From Faecousia sp. (GTDB taxonomy: Bacteria > Bacillota > Clostridia > Oscillospirales > Oscillospiraceae): a DNA stretch of 64,000 bases. Positions 26,878-36,505 of this stretch are shown here, in pieces (within the stretch, counting starts at the first letter, position 1; each line of letters opens with the position of its first letter). The notes beneath the pieces were generated by a model. It was not told the DNA's origin and did not search any database. It saw nothing but the letters and a program-made list of their open reading frames with translations. The stretch spans positions 301-64,300 of the forward strand of contig JAZRMP010000059.1 of NCBI GenBank assembly GCA_045647705.1, in the 5' to 3' direction. The position numbers and the translations under genes were made by a program.

Positions 26878-28579
26878 ATACATTCGACCGGAATTGGGCT
26901 TTGTCCTGCTGACATTGGTGCTAAAGTTTTGTGCTGCTTATGCGGAGCTGTGGATCCCAACCCTAATGGAGACGGTGCTGGATGAGAAAGCACCCCTTGG
27001 GCTGGTCAATGAAATCTACTTATATGGCGGGTTGATGATTCTGTGCGCGGTTTTGTGCTTGGTGCTGAATTTCACAGCCAATGCCAACAGTGCTTTTACC
27101 TCTGGCAGAATTACCCGGAAAGTGCGCCATGATTTATTTGCCAAATTGCAGAGGCTGTCTGCCCGGCAGATGGATGAACTGTCCATCCCCTCTGCCGAAT
27201 CCCGGTTGACCAGCGATACATACCATGTGAACAATATGCTCACCCGGGTCCAGAGGCTGGGCATCCGGGCACCGATTTTGCTTATTGGTGGCTTGGTAAT
27301 GCTGATTCGCATGGATGCCAAACTTGCCCTGATTTTGATTTTTCTGCTGCCGGTGATCTCGGCGGTAGTATATATAGTTTCCAAGAAAAGTCTGCCTATG
27401 TTTACCCAACAGCAGACCGTGTTGGACCGGGTGGTGCGGGTGATGCAGGAGAACATAACCGGTATCCGTGTGGTCAAAGCACTAAGCAAAACAGAATATG
27501 AAAAGGTCCGGTTTGACGGTGTTAACAGGGAACTGTCTGATGTTTCCCAGAAAGCCGGTATGGTTACGGGTATCACCGGACCTGTAACCTCTACAGTTCT
27601 GCGTGTCGGTCTGACGCTGGTAGTAGTCGTTGGTGCCTATCGGGTTAATTCCGGGGATATTAAGGCAGGTGTCATTATGGCGGCACTGCAGTATTTCACT
27701 ATGATTCTCACGGCTATGTCCGGAATTACCCGTATTTTTATTATGTGGTCTCGGGGTGAAGCCAGTGCCAAGCGAATCTCCTCGGTTCTGGAACTTCCGG
27801 AGGATATGGAGGTGCTGCCGGAGCAGAAGCCGGAGGAAAATGCGGCACACATAGAATTTCGGAATGTGCATTTTTCCTATACCGGTGTGGGCAAAAACAT
27901 TGATGGGCTCAGCTTCCGTTTGGAGCGGGGGCAGACCTTGGGGATCCTTGGGGGTACCGGCAGTGGAAAGAGTACGATTTTGAATCTGTTAATGCGGTTG
28001 TATGATGCGGACGAGGGACAGGTACTGATTGACGGCAGAGATATTCGCACCATTCCCTATCCCCAACTGCGGAGCAAGTTCGGGATGGTATTCCAAAACG
28101 ATTTTGTTACTGAGGGCACCATTGGACACAATATCCGTTTCTTTCGGGATTTATCCGAGGAAGCGGTGGAAAATGCCGCCCAGTGCGCCCAGGCAGAATT
28201 TATCACCCAAAAGGAGGGCGGGATGGATGCGGAAGTGGTAGTCCGTGGCAACAATCTGTCCGGTGGACAGAAGCAACGACTGTTGATCGCCCGTGCATTG
28301 GCTGCAAATCCGGAAATTTTGGTGCTGGACGATGCATCTTCTGCGCTGGACTATCAGACGGATTCCAATCTGCGTAAGGCACTGCGGGAGAACTTCCGCA
28401 ATACCACCACGGTGCTGGTAACTCAGAGAATCAGCTCCCTGCAACACGCAGATCAAATTCTGGTGCTGTCTGACGGATGTGTCATCGGAGCTGGAAAGCA
28501 TACAGAGCTTATGGACACTTGCGAGGAATATTGCAGCATTGCCCAAACCCAGATGGGTGAGGGAAAGGAGGTGTCCTAA
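26861..28579 (+). CDS. ABC exporter, TMD+NBD subunit A
   Basis: GGTGSGKS, LSGGQKQR, degenerate Walker B LDD. Confidence 0.92.
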   Translation: MKGLLKYIRPELGFVLLTLVLKFCAAYAELWIPTLMETVLDEKAPLGLVNEIYLYGGLMILCAVLCLVLNFTANANSAFTSGRITRKVRHDLFAKLQRLSARQMDELSIPSAESRLTSDTYHVNNMLTRVQRLGIRAPILLIGGLVMLIRMDAKLALILIFLLPVISAVVYIVSKKSLPMFTQQQTVLDRVVRVMQENITGIRVVKALSKTEYEKVRFDGVNRELSDVSQKAGMVTGITGPVTSTVLRVGLTLVVVVGAYRVNSGDIKAGVIMAALQYFTMILTAMSGITRIFIMWSRGEASAKRISSVLELPEDMEVLPEQKPEENAAHIEFRNVHFSYTGVGKNIDGLSFRLERGQTLGILGGTGSGKSTILNLLMRLYDADEGQVLIDGRDIRTIPYPQLRSKFGMVFQNDFVTEGTIGHNIRFFRDLSEEAVENAAQCAQAEFITQKEGGMDAEVVVRGNNLSGGQKQRLLIARALAANPEILVLDDASSALDYQTDSNLRKALRENFRNTTTVLVTQRISSLQHADQILVLSDGCVIGAGKHTELMDTCEEYCSIAQTQMGEGKEVS

Positions 28580-30417
28580 TGGCAGGTCCAGTGATGATGG
28601 GCGGCGGACCCAACGCCCGTATACGTCGTGGAGAAATGAACGGAGCCCGCAGGCAGCAGGCGTATAAGAAAGCAGACATGGGCAAGATGCTTCTGCGGCT
28701 GTGGAGGTATATCGGCAAAAACCGATTCCTTGTAGTCTTGGCACTGATTCTTGCTATAAGCGGAAATGTGATCCTACTAATCAGTCCCAAACTGTCCGGT
28801 CAGGCGATCAATGCCATCGATTTAGGGGCAGGCAAAGTAGACTTTGCTGTTGTATTTCGATGTGCGGCGTTAATGCTCCTGTGTTATGTTGTATCTTCTG
28901 CTCTAAGCTATGTGCTGCATGTGGTAATGCTCAAGCTGTCCCGGACGGTTTCCCGGCAGATGCGCCAGGATGTGTTTGAAAACCTAACCAGACTCCCGGT
29001 GGGCTTTTTTGATAAATACCAGACCGGTGATATTATTTCTGTAGTTACCTATGACATTGATACTGTAAACCAAAGCCTTTCCAATGATCTTTTACAGATT
29101 GTCAACTCCTGCATCACAGTTTTGGTTGCCTTTGCCATGATGCTGACCATTGCCCCCCAGCTTGTGGCGATATTCCTGGTTACAGTGCCCCTTACTTTTC
29201 TGTTTACCCGTTGGGTAACTTCCAAAGTAAGGCCACTGTTCCGTCAGCGTTCTGCAAAACTGGGCGCGTTGAATGGCTTTGTGGAGGAGATGCTCTCCGG
29301 ACAGAAAACAATCCATGCATACGGACAGGAGCAGGCGGTGCAGGAGCGTTTCAATGAGAAAAACCAGGAGGCAGTAGATGCTTATTCCAAGGCAGAGGCC
29401 TTTGGTACGGTTTCCGGCCCTACAGTCATGTTTATCAACAACATTTCTGTGGCACTGATCAGTACCTTTGGGGCGATTTTGTTTCTTGGCGGCAAGGTGA
29501 AGCTGGGAGATCTAAACAGCTTTGTTATGTACTCCCGCCGATTTTCCGGACCAATCAATGAGGTAGCCAATATTCTGTCAGAATTACAAAGTGCTTTTTC
29601 GGCGGCAGAGCGGGTTTTCCGTCTGATCGATGCCGAGCCGGAGCCGGAGGATGACGCGGATGCGGCTGAGCTGACCTATGTACAGGGGGATGTGCGGCTG
29701 GAGTGTGTGGACTTTTCCTATATTCCCGGAACACCAATCATCCACCAATTAAATCTTCATGCAAAGCCCGGTAGTCTTACTGCTATCGTCGGTCCCACAG
29801 GTGCGGGCAAGACCACCATTATCAATCTGCTGATGCGGTTCTATGATGTGGATAGCGGTACGATCTATGTGGATGGGCATGATATTCGCAAGGTTACAAG
29901 AGACTCTTTGCGGAGAGCCTATTCCATGGTGTTGCAGGATACCTGGCTGTTTCACGGCACAATCTTTGAAAATATTGCCTACGGTAAAGAGAATGCCACA
30001 ATGGAGGAAGTGGTGGCGGCGGCAAAGGCTGCCCATATTCACGGCTACATCTCTCGCCTTCCCCAGGGATATCATACGGTGCTGTCTGATAACGGCACGT
30101 CTATCTCCAAGGGGCAGAAACAGCTTTTGACTATTGCAAGGGCTATGCTTCTGGATGCCCACATGCTGATACTGGATGAAGCTACCTCCAACGTGGATAC
30201 CCGGACAGAGCAGAGGATTCAATCCGCTATGCGGACGCTGATGCAGGATAAGACCTGTTTCGTGATCGCGCACCGACTGTCAACCATCCGTTCGGCAGAC
30301 AACATTCTGGTATTGGATGGTGGAAAAGTGGTGGAGCAGGGCACGCACAAAAGTCTGATGGCTCAAAACGGTTTTTACAGTAAGTTGTATCAGTCCCAGT
30401 TTGACTCTGTGGAATAA
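28579..30417 (+). CDS. ABC exporter, TMD+NBD subunit B
   Basis: GPTGAGKT, ISKGQKQ, LDEATS, AHRLST; heterodimer partner. Confidence 0.92.
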   Translation: MAGPVMMGGGPNARIRRGEMNGARRQQAYKKADMGKMLLRLWRYIGKNRFLVVLALILAISGNVILLISPKLSGQAINAIDLGAGKVDFAVVFRCAALMLLCYVVSSALSYVLHVVMLKLSRTVSRQMRQDVFENLTRLPVGFFDKYQTGDIISVVTYDIDTVNQSLSNDLLQIVNSCITVLVAFAMMLTIAPQLVAIFLVTVPLTFLFTRWVTSKVRPLFRQRSAKLGALNGFVEEMLSGQKTIHAYGQEQAVQERFNEKNQEAVDAYSKAEAFGTVSGPTVMFINNISVALISTFGAILFLGGKVKLGDLNSFVMYSRRFSGPINEVANILSELQSAFSAAERVFRLIDAEPEPEDDADAAELTYVQGDVRLECVDFSYIPGTPIIHQLNLHAKPGSLTAIVGPTGAGKTTIINLLMRFYDVDSGTIYVDGHDIRKVTRDSLRRAYSMVLQDTWLFHGTIFENIAYGKENATMEEVVAAAKAAHIHGYISRLPQGYHTVLSDNGTSISKGQKQLLTIARAMLLDAHMLILDEATSNVDTRTEQRIQSAMRTLMQDKTCFVIAHRLSTIRSADNILVLDGGKVVEQGTHKSLMAQNGFYSKLYQSQFDSVE

Positions 30418-30509
30418 TCAAAAAGGAGCGTTGAAAAGGAATTTGGGGTTTCCTTTTTGGGGAACCTGTGATACACTGAACAGCAGATAGAGAAACGGAG
30501 GATGATCTT

Positions 30510-31238
30510 ATGAAAGCCATCGTGTGCGGTGCCAACGGTGCTATGGGAAAGCTGATTTGCCAGATTCTGGCCGATGATGTGGTTGGCCGTGTCAGTCTGG
30601 ATGGGGAAAACGGTGTGCCCAAAACATTTAAGGAACTGGGACCTGTAGAGGCGGATGTAATTATTGATTTTTCCCACCACAGCGCGGTTTCTGATGTATT
30701 GTCATACGCCCGGGAATTAGGCTGTGCCGCAGTGATTGGCACTACCGGGCACACCCAGGAAGAAAAGGAACAGATCTATGCTGCGGCAGAGAAGCTCCCG
30801 GTGTTTTTCAGTGGCAATATGAGCCTGGGTATTGCGGTTTTATGTAAACTTGCGGGGCAGGCGGTAGCTATGTTCCCCGATGGGGATATTGAGATTGTTG
30901 AGGTACATCACAACCGAAAGGTGGATGCACCTAGTGGGACAGCGAAAATGCTTTTTGAGGCGGTAAAGGCCGCCCGTCCGGAGCTGACGGAGCATTGCGG
31001 CAGGGCCGGTGAGGCCAGGCGGCAGAAGAATGAGGTGGGAGTCTCTTCTTTGCGAATGGGGAATGTGGTGGGAGTCCACGAGGTGCATATCTGCACAGGA
31101 AACCAGACTTTGACCCTGCGCCATGAGGCTGGCAGCCGGGCAATGCTGGCAGAGGGGGCGGTGGATGCCGCAAGGTTTATGGTGGACAAGGGACCCGGTA
31201 TGTACACCATGGCAGAACTTATTGAAGAATCTAAATAA
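30510..31238 (+). CDS. dapB: 4-hydroxy-tetrahydrodipicolinate reductase
   Basis: GANGAMG, IDFS, IGTTG, EVHHNRKVDAPSGTA. Confidence 0.95.
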   Translation: MKAIVCGANGAMGKLICQILADDVVGRVSLDGENGVPKTFKELGPVEADVIIDFSHHSAVSDVLSYARELGCAAVIGTTGHTQEEKEQIYAAAEKLPVFFSGNMSLGIAVLCKLAGQAVAMFPDGDIEIVEVHHNRKVDAPSGTAKMLFEAVKAARPELTEHCGRAGEARRQKNEVGVSSLRMGNVVGVHEVHICTGNQTLTLRHEAGSRAMLAEGAVDAARFMVDKGPGMYTMAELIEESK

Positions 31239-31278
31239 AAAAGGTCTGCTGTGATCTTGTTCACAGCAGACCTTTTTG

Positions 31279-31719
31279 TCAATCTTCCAAAGCCACTACT
31301 TTGCGGATGCGCCGCAGATGGCGCTCACCGTTGGAGAATTCTGTGTTCAGCCATGTGTCTGTGATTTCCAGTGCCAAACCGGTGTCAATCACACTGGCTC
31401 CCAAAGCCATCATGTTGGTGTCGTTATGCTCCCGGGTCATCCGTGCAGAGACTACATCGGAAAGCAGCGCGCAACGAATACCTTTAATTTTATTGCAGGA
31501 AATGGACATCCCAATGCCGGTGGTACATAACACAATACCTTTTTCACATTCTCCCGATGCCACAGCTTTGGCGGTAGGTGCAGCGATGTCCGGATAGTCG
31601 CAGCTATCCAGCGTATGGGTCCCGAAATCCACCACCTGATGACCTTGCTGGGTCAGATGTGCGGCTATGGTGTTTTTTAAATCCAGTGCGCCATGGTCGC
31701 AGCCAATTGCGATTTTCAT
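31279..31719 (-). CDS. rpiB: Ribose-5-phosphate isomerase B
   Basis: IAIGCDHG, DYPD, CTTGIGMSI..NK, REHND.N, RH.RR. Confidence 0.93.
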   Translation of the reverse strand: MKIAIGCDHGALDLKNTIAAHLTQQGHQVVDFGTHTLDSCDYPDIAAPTAKAVASGECEKGIVLCTTGIGMSISCNKIKGIRCALLSDVVSARMTREHNDTNMMALGASVIDTGLALEITDTWLNTEFSNGERHLRRIRKVVALED

Positions 31720-31730
31720 AATAATCCTCC

Positions 31731-32429
31731 TTACAGTACGAATCCACCGTTGACAGGAATCACCTGACCGGTTACAAAATCGGCATCAGCAAGGTAGACC
31801 ATCGCCTTTGCCACATCCTCGGCATTACCGTTTTTGCCTATAGGCGTTTCCTGCGCCAAGGCAGCCATGGTTTCCGGGGAAACATCTTTACACATATCTG
31901 TTTGGATCACACCGGGAGAAACGCAGTTTACCCGCACACCGCAGGGTCCCAATTCCTGTGCCAGAGCCTTGGTCAAGGCAATGACGGCACCTTTTGTAGC
32001 AGAGTAGGCAGCTTCGCAGGAAGCACCTACCTGTCCCCACATGGAACTGACAGTGATAATACAGCCACGGTGGTTTTTTAAAAAATACGGCGTTGCGGCG
32101 TTCACACAGTGGTAAATACCTTTCACATTGACGTCAAACAGTCGGTTCCATCGATCCTCCGGTAGCTGGCTCATAAGTCCGTAATCACAGATGCCTGCGT
32201 TGCAGATCAACACATCCACCTCCGGGATCTGGGCAAAGGCAGCCTTTACAGCGGCTCCATCTGCCACATCGCAGCAGATGGGTGTGGCACCGGTTTCCCG
32301 GGCAACGGCTTCTGCGGCGGCATGCTCTTTTTCGTACAGGAAAAACACCCGGTCAGACCGGGTGGTAAATTGGCGTACGGCGGCTGCACCAATTCCACGG
32401 GAGCCGCCGGTAATCACTACAGTTGACAT
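31731..32429 (-). CDS. SDR oxidoreductase, FabG/YmfI-like
   Basis: TGGSRGIG, NAG, SSMWG..GASCE..YSATK (YmfI-type pattern). Confidence 0.85.
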   Translation of the reverse strand: MSTVVITGGSRGIGAAAVRQFTTRSDRVFFLYEKEHAAAEAVARETGATPICCDVADGAAVKAAFAQIPEVDVLICNAGICDYGLMSQLPEDRWNRLFDVNVKGIYHCVNAATPYFLKNHRGCIITVSSMWGQVGASCEAAYSATKGAVIALTKALAQELGPCGVRVNCVSPGVIQTDMCKDVSPETMAALAQETPIGKNGNAEDVAKAMVYLADADFVTGQVIPVNGGFVL

Positions 32430-32465
32430 AACGTTCCTCTTATTATACCCTCGGCAGCTTTGGTT

Positions 32466-32918
32466 TTATCTTCTGCGGCTCTTTGTCCGGTGGTCAGAAT
32501 ACTGCCGCAGGGAGGAAATTTTGCTGTCGGATTCAGACATAAATGCTTTCAATTTTTCCTCAAAAATTTGGTCGGCAGTTTTGGGAGCAGGGGGCGGAGT
32601 GGGCGCGGAGCGGGGGGCGCGGTTAGGGGTGCCTTCCCGGCGGGGCGGGAATTTTCCTGCGGGGGCACCGGCCTCACGCTGGGGCTTCGGTTCCAGCCGC
32701 TTAATGGAAAGATTGATCTTTGGGCCATCGGCACTGATGACCATGACTTTTACCTCCTGACCTTCTGTCAAATGCTGATGAATGTCGCTGACAAAGGTGT
32801 TTGCTACCTCGGAGATATGTACCAGGCCGGTCTTGTTTTCGGGCAGACTGACAAATGCGCCGTAGTTGGTGATTGATTTGACTTTTCCTTCTAAGATTGC
32901 TCCAACGGTTAACTCCAT
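32466..32918 (-). CDS. S1-domain RNA-binding protein (YabR-like)
   Basis: GKVKSIT.YGAFV..GLVHISEV, FEEKL..F. Confidence 0.9.
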   Translation of the reverse strand: MELTVGAILEGKVKSITNYGAFVSLPENKTGLVHISEVANTFVSDIHQHLTEGQEVKVMVISADGPKINLSIKRLEPKPQREAGAPAGKFPPRREGTPNRAPRSAPTPPPAPKTADQIFEEKLKAFMSESDSKISSLRQYSDHRTKSRRR

Positions 32919-32939
32919 ATTTGCTTTATTTCCTCCAAA

Positions 32940-33251
32940 TCACTGCTCAGGCAGAAAAATTACCGTAACCGGATCCACCAGTCCCAGCAGTTTGCCTGCC
33001 AGATCGGTTACGCTCTGCACGGTGCCCAATTCGGAAATGGACTTTTCCAGAGCGTTGTTTTCCTTTTCCAAAGCGGCCGCTTCGTTGCGTCGATCGTTTG
33101 CTTTTTCCTTGGTGTCCAGAATGGCGAAGCGCAGGGTCAGCAGGACTGCTGAACACAGCACGATTGCTGCCAGCACTACGCATTTGAGAAGTGTGGAGCT
33201 GCGCCGATACACCAGTCGAATCCGACGCAAGGGATTGTGTCCTGCTGCCAT
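32940..33251 (-). CDS. Septum formation initiator (DivIC-like)
   Basis: Basic N-terminus, single TM, coiled coil, LGLV.P; yabQ-divIC-yabR synteny. Confidence 0.7.
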   Translation of the reverse strand: MAAGHNPLRRIRLVYRRSSTLLKCVVLAAIVLCSAVLLTLRFAILDTKEKANDRRNEAAALEKENNALEKSISELGTVQSVTDLAGKLLGLVDPVTVIFLPEQ

Positions 33252-33678
33252 AACGGGTACCTCCATCTTTTTTATTACACTTTATTGTACCCGCTTTTTT
33301 TGCTGTTGCCAAGAGAAATTTTGCAGATTTTACAGATTTTTTGAAAAATTTTTTTAAAGGTGTGAGAAAAAAGCCAAAAACGACAGCCAATAAATGCCAG
33401 AGGCCGGAAAAAAAGGGCCGCAAAAGCCTGCCGATCGTCAGTTCCCAAATCAAACCGCCAAAGAACAGACCGGCAGAGTAACCCAATCGCAGATCCCCCT
33501 GACACACGCCAAAGCTGAGAAATACCCATGCCCACAGCATAACAGGTACAAACAGCAGGTCAGAAAGGGTGGTATGCCGAGGGCGCAGGGGACGCAAAAA
33601 GCCGTAGTAAAGCCCCAGGGCTGCCCCTATCATCAGCGCAGCAGCAAAGCGCTGTACTACCAGCACAGGGGTGTTCAT
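32947..33678 (-). CDS. yabQ: Spore cortex protein YabQ-like, with a long C-terminal overlap
   Basis: G..LG..Y..LR..R..DLLF..G.LR; follows yabP; true 3' extent uncertain. Confidence 0.65.
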   Translation of the reverse strand: MNTPVLVVQRFAAALMIGAALGLYYGFLRPLRPRHTTLSDLLFVPVMLWAWVFLSFGVCQGDLRLGYSAGLFFGGLIWELTIGRLLRPFFSGLWHLLAVVFGFFLTPLKKFFKKSVKSAKFLLATAKKAGTIKCNKKDGGTRYGSRTQSLASDSTGVSAQLHTSQMRSAGSNRAVFSSPADPALRHSGHQGKSKRSTQRSGRFGKGKQRSGKVHFRIGHRAERNRSGRQTAGTGGSGYGNFSA

Positions 33679-33947
33679 TTCACAAAACGCCCCCAGAATC
33701 CGTTGCTGCTGCGGGGTTCTTCATAAATCAGCGAGCAAATATGTCCGTCCACACACACTTGTCCGCCGTCAAGGGATAAGGTCTTTAGCTGTAGTTCACG
33801 ACCCAACACTTCAAGCGTTCCCAGAGAAGTCCGAAGCACAACGGCGGTTTCATCAAAGCTAACTACCTCTGTAACGCCGGTCATGGTAAGGTTTTTTCGC
33901 TCATTAAGGGTTAGTTTGTGGGGTAGCTGTAAATTTTCCGAAGCCAT
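33675..33947 (-). CDS. yabP: Sporulation protein YabP
   Basis: H.L.L..R..L..TGV.EV.SFDE. Confidence 0.92.
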   Translation of the reverse strand: MASENLQLPHKLTLNERKNLTMTGVTEVVSFDETAVVLRTSLGTLEVLGRELQLKTLSLDGGQVCVDGHICSLIYEEPRSSNGFWGRFVK

Positions 33948-34035
33948 GTCCATCACCTCTTTAGAGGATATGTGTGCAAAAGCTCCGGTAGACCATTTGA
34001 CAGCCCGGCAAATTGGGGATATACTGTAAAAAAGC

Positions 34036-34123
34036 AAATTCCGATTTGTCGGTGCGTTTGATTATCCTATTTGTAGGGGCGACCATTGGTCGTCCGTTGC
34101 GGACGTGCAATGCACGCCCCTAC
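34036..34123. repeat. Miniature TIR element with GTAG-type REP doublet (right end missing)
   Basis: AAATTCCGATTTGTCGGTGCG..GTAGGGGCGACCATTGGTCGTCCG-TTG-CGGACGTGCAATGCACGCCCCTAC. Confidence 0.85.
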
Positions 34124-34162
34124 GATATTATAGGGCATACTGCCATTTACAGGGGGGAGAAA

Positions 34163-34633
34163 ATGCGGATCTGTTCCAGAAAACTGGAGGGTATGTCCGG
34201 GCACGATGCCGGCCGTGGGCTTTTAAGGGATATGTACCGGGAATTGACGGGCGAAGCAATGCCCGATATTTGCGTAACAGACTGGGGTAAACCTTATTTT
34301 CCGGACAGTGCCTGGTATTTTTCCATATCCCACACCAAAGGGCGGGTCTTTTGCGCGTTGTCCGAAAAAACTGTAGGGATTGACGCGGAGGCACTGGACA
34401 GGAAGATCAATCTGTATCTTGCAGATAAGATCCTATCTCCAAGGGAGAAAGCGCGGTTTGACGCTGCCGGGGACAAACGGTTGACCCTTTTGCGATTTTG
34501 GGTATTGAAGGAAGCTTACGCCAAAGCTACCGGCAGGGGTTGGGGCAGTTACCTTTACCGGACAGACTTTGAACCGGATGATCCCAGGGTGCGTGAAACA
34601 GAAGGCTGCCTGCTGGCAGTGATAGAAGAATAG
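34163..34633 (+). CDS. 4'-phosphopantetheinyl transferase (Sfp-like)
   Basis: GKPY, FSISHT, VGIDAE, FWVLKEAYAKATG. Confidence 0.9.
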   Translation: MRICSRKLEGMSGHDAGRGLLRDMYRELTGEAMPDICVTDWGKPYFPDSAWYFSISHTKGRVFCALSEKTVGIDAEALDRKINLYLADKILSPREKARFDAAGDKRLTLLRFWVLKEAYAKATGRGWGSYLYRTDFEPDDPRVRETEGCLLAVIEE

Positions 34634-34643
34634 GAGAAAAAGC

Positions 34644-35408
34644 ATGTTATTTGATACCCATGCCCATTTGAATGACCCTGCCTTTGATGAGGACCGGGAA
34701 GCAGTCCTGATGGGACTGAAGGAAAAGGGCGTAGAATATGTAATGAATGTAGGCTGCTGTCTGGAATCCTCCAGAGATTGTATTGCCATGGCGGAGAAAT
34801 ACCCTTTTGTGTATGCTTCCATAGGTTCTCACCCGGATTCTGCCGACGAGGTAGATGACGATGTTTTGGAGCAGTACCGGCAGATGGCACGGCATCCCAA
34901 GGTGAAAGCTATTGGCGAGATTGGTGCAGATTACTACTATGAGACGATCCCCCGGCAGATCCAACTACAAGCATTTCGGATGCAGATGGAATTGGCGCGG
35001 GAGGTAAAACTGCCGGTAATTGTCCATGAGCGCAATGCCCATGATGACGGTATGCGGGTAGTGAAGGAGTTTAAGGATGTTACCGGCGTGTTCCACTGCT
35101 ATTCCGGCTCCGCAGAGATGGCCCGGCAGTTGGTAAATATGGGATGGTATATTGGCTTTACCGGTGTACTCACTTTCAAGAATGCCCGCAAGGCGGTGGA
35201 AACGGCGCAACAGATCCCATTGGAACGGATCGTGCTGGAGACGGATTGTCCCTTTATGGCACCGGAACCGTTCCGGGGCAAACGGAATGATCCCGGCTAT
35301 CTGTTCCGTATGGCAGAAAAGCTTGCTGAGCTTCGGGGTATCAGCGTGGAGGAGGTCCATGCGGTTACCATGGACAACGCCAAGCGCCTGTACCGATTGA
35401 CAGAATAA
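34644..35408 (+). CDS. tatD: TatD-family deoxyribonuclease
   Basis: FDTHAH, AIGEIG.DY, VH.R.A, FHCYSG, LETDCP. Confidence 0.93.
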   Translation: MLFDTHAHLNDPAFDEDREAVLMGLKEKGVEYVMNVGCCLESSRDCIAMAEKYPFVYASIGSHPDSADEVDDDVLEQYRQMARHPKVKAIGEIGADYYYETIPRQIQLQAFRMQMELAREVKLPVIVHERNAHDDGMRVVKEFKDVTGVFHCYSGSAEMARQLVNMGWYIGFTGVLTFKNARKAVETAQQIPLERIVLETDCPFMAPEPFRGKRNDPGYLFRMAEKLAELRGISVEEVHAVTMDNAKRLYRLTE

Positions 35409-35445
35409 GAGAAGCTCCCCATGGACGCATGCCCATGGGGAGTTT

Positions 35446-36348
35446 TTATATGTCTGTAGACCAATGGTTGTTCTCCAAAGTAGGCTGACTGCGAAAGACG
35501 TTTACAAGCCGTTCGCAAAATCCCCAAACCGGAGGCTCCAGCCACTTGTCATATAAAATGCACATGTAAAGCGCCTGATGCCAGTTCTGTAGTGGCACGA
35601 AAGTTACATTGTCCCGGCTTTGCACACAGCTTTCCGGCAGAAAACAGAAACCAAATCCGGAGCCGACCATGCTCAACGCCGCTTGCGCCGTGTTGACAGC
35701 GCAGACAGCTTTGTTTTTCCCGCCGGAAGCCCACTGCTCAAAGGAGTTGTTTATGTCATAGTGAAAAGCCACCTGGGGCTGCCCCTGCAAATCCTGATAC
35801 ATCAGACTTTCTCTGGATGCGTATGGGTGGTCTAAAGGCAATGCCACATAGAAATTTTGCTGACATAACTTGCGGAAATGCAGGCTTCGGTCCCGGTTCG
35901 TGGTGTCCACCAAGGCCATGTCCAACTGTTCCTGCCGCACCATGTCCATAAGTCCGTCCGCAGAACTTTCCGTCAACTGAAAGCGGATCCGGGCGTTTTG
36001 TCTGGTGCAGTTGGTGATTTCCTGTGCAACCAGGTTGTCCAATGCGCCGGAAACAACACCCAGCCGGATGACCACAGGGGCACTTACCTTGCTGTCATGA
36101 AGGGTTTGGGAGGCAGTATGCAGTTGCCGCAGAGCTGCATCCACCTGCTCCCGATAATACCGCCCTTCTTCCGTCAGACGAATATTTCTGCCCACCTTTT
36201 CAAACAACTTAACGCCACCCAGTTCATCTTCCAGATTATGAATGGCACTGCTTAGGGAGGGTTGGGAGATGCCTAGCCGGGCGGCAGCCAGAGTATAGTG
36301 CTCTACCTGTGCTAGCACAGAAAAATAGCGCAAGTAATTGTAGTTCAT
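35446..36348 (-). CDS. LysR-family regulator
   Basis: LRYF..LA..HYT.AA..L.ISQPSLS..I..LE.ELG. Confidence 0.92.
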   Translation of the reverse strand: MNYNYLRYFSVLAQVEHYTLAAARLGISQPSLSSAIHNLEDELGGVKLFEKVGRNIRLTEEGRYYREQVDAALRQLHTASQTLHDSKVSAPVVIRLGVVSGALDNLVAQEITNCTRQNARIRFQLTESSADGLMDMVRQEQLDMALVDTTNRDRSLHFRKLCQQNFYVALPLDHPYASRESLMYQDLQGQPQVAFHYDINNSFEQWASGGKNKAVCAVNTAQAALSMVGSGFGFCFLPESCVQSRDNVTFVPLQNWHQALYMCILYDKWLEPPVWGFCERLVNVFRSQPTLENNHWSTDI

Positions 36349-36364
36349 GGGATTACTCCAATCC

Positions 36365-36379
36365 ATAGATAGAAACTAT
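36365..36379. promoter_or_regulatory. Putative LysR binding site (T-N11-A)
   Basis: ATAG-N7-CTAT just upstream of lysR in the divergent region. Confidence 0.5.
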
Positions 36380-36505
36380 AAATAAAATACCATAACTATA
36401 TTGGTTTTTGCAAGAACTTTTTATATAATGCATTCGTGCTTGAAAGTTTTGGCAGACTGTGGTAAAATGAGGGCCGAGAGACAATCACGCGAAGGAGCAA
36501 TTTTT

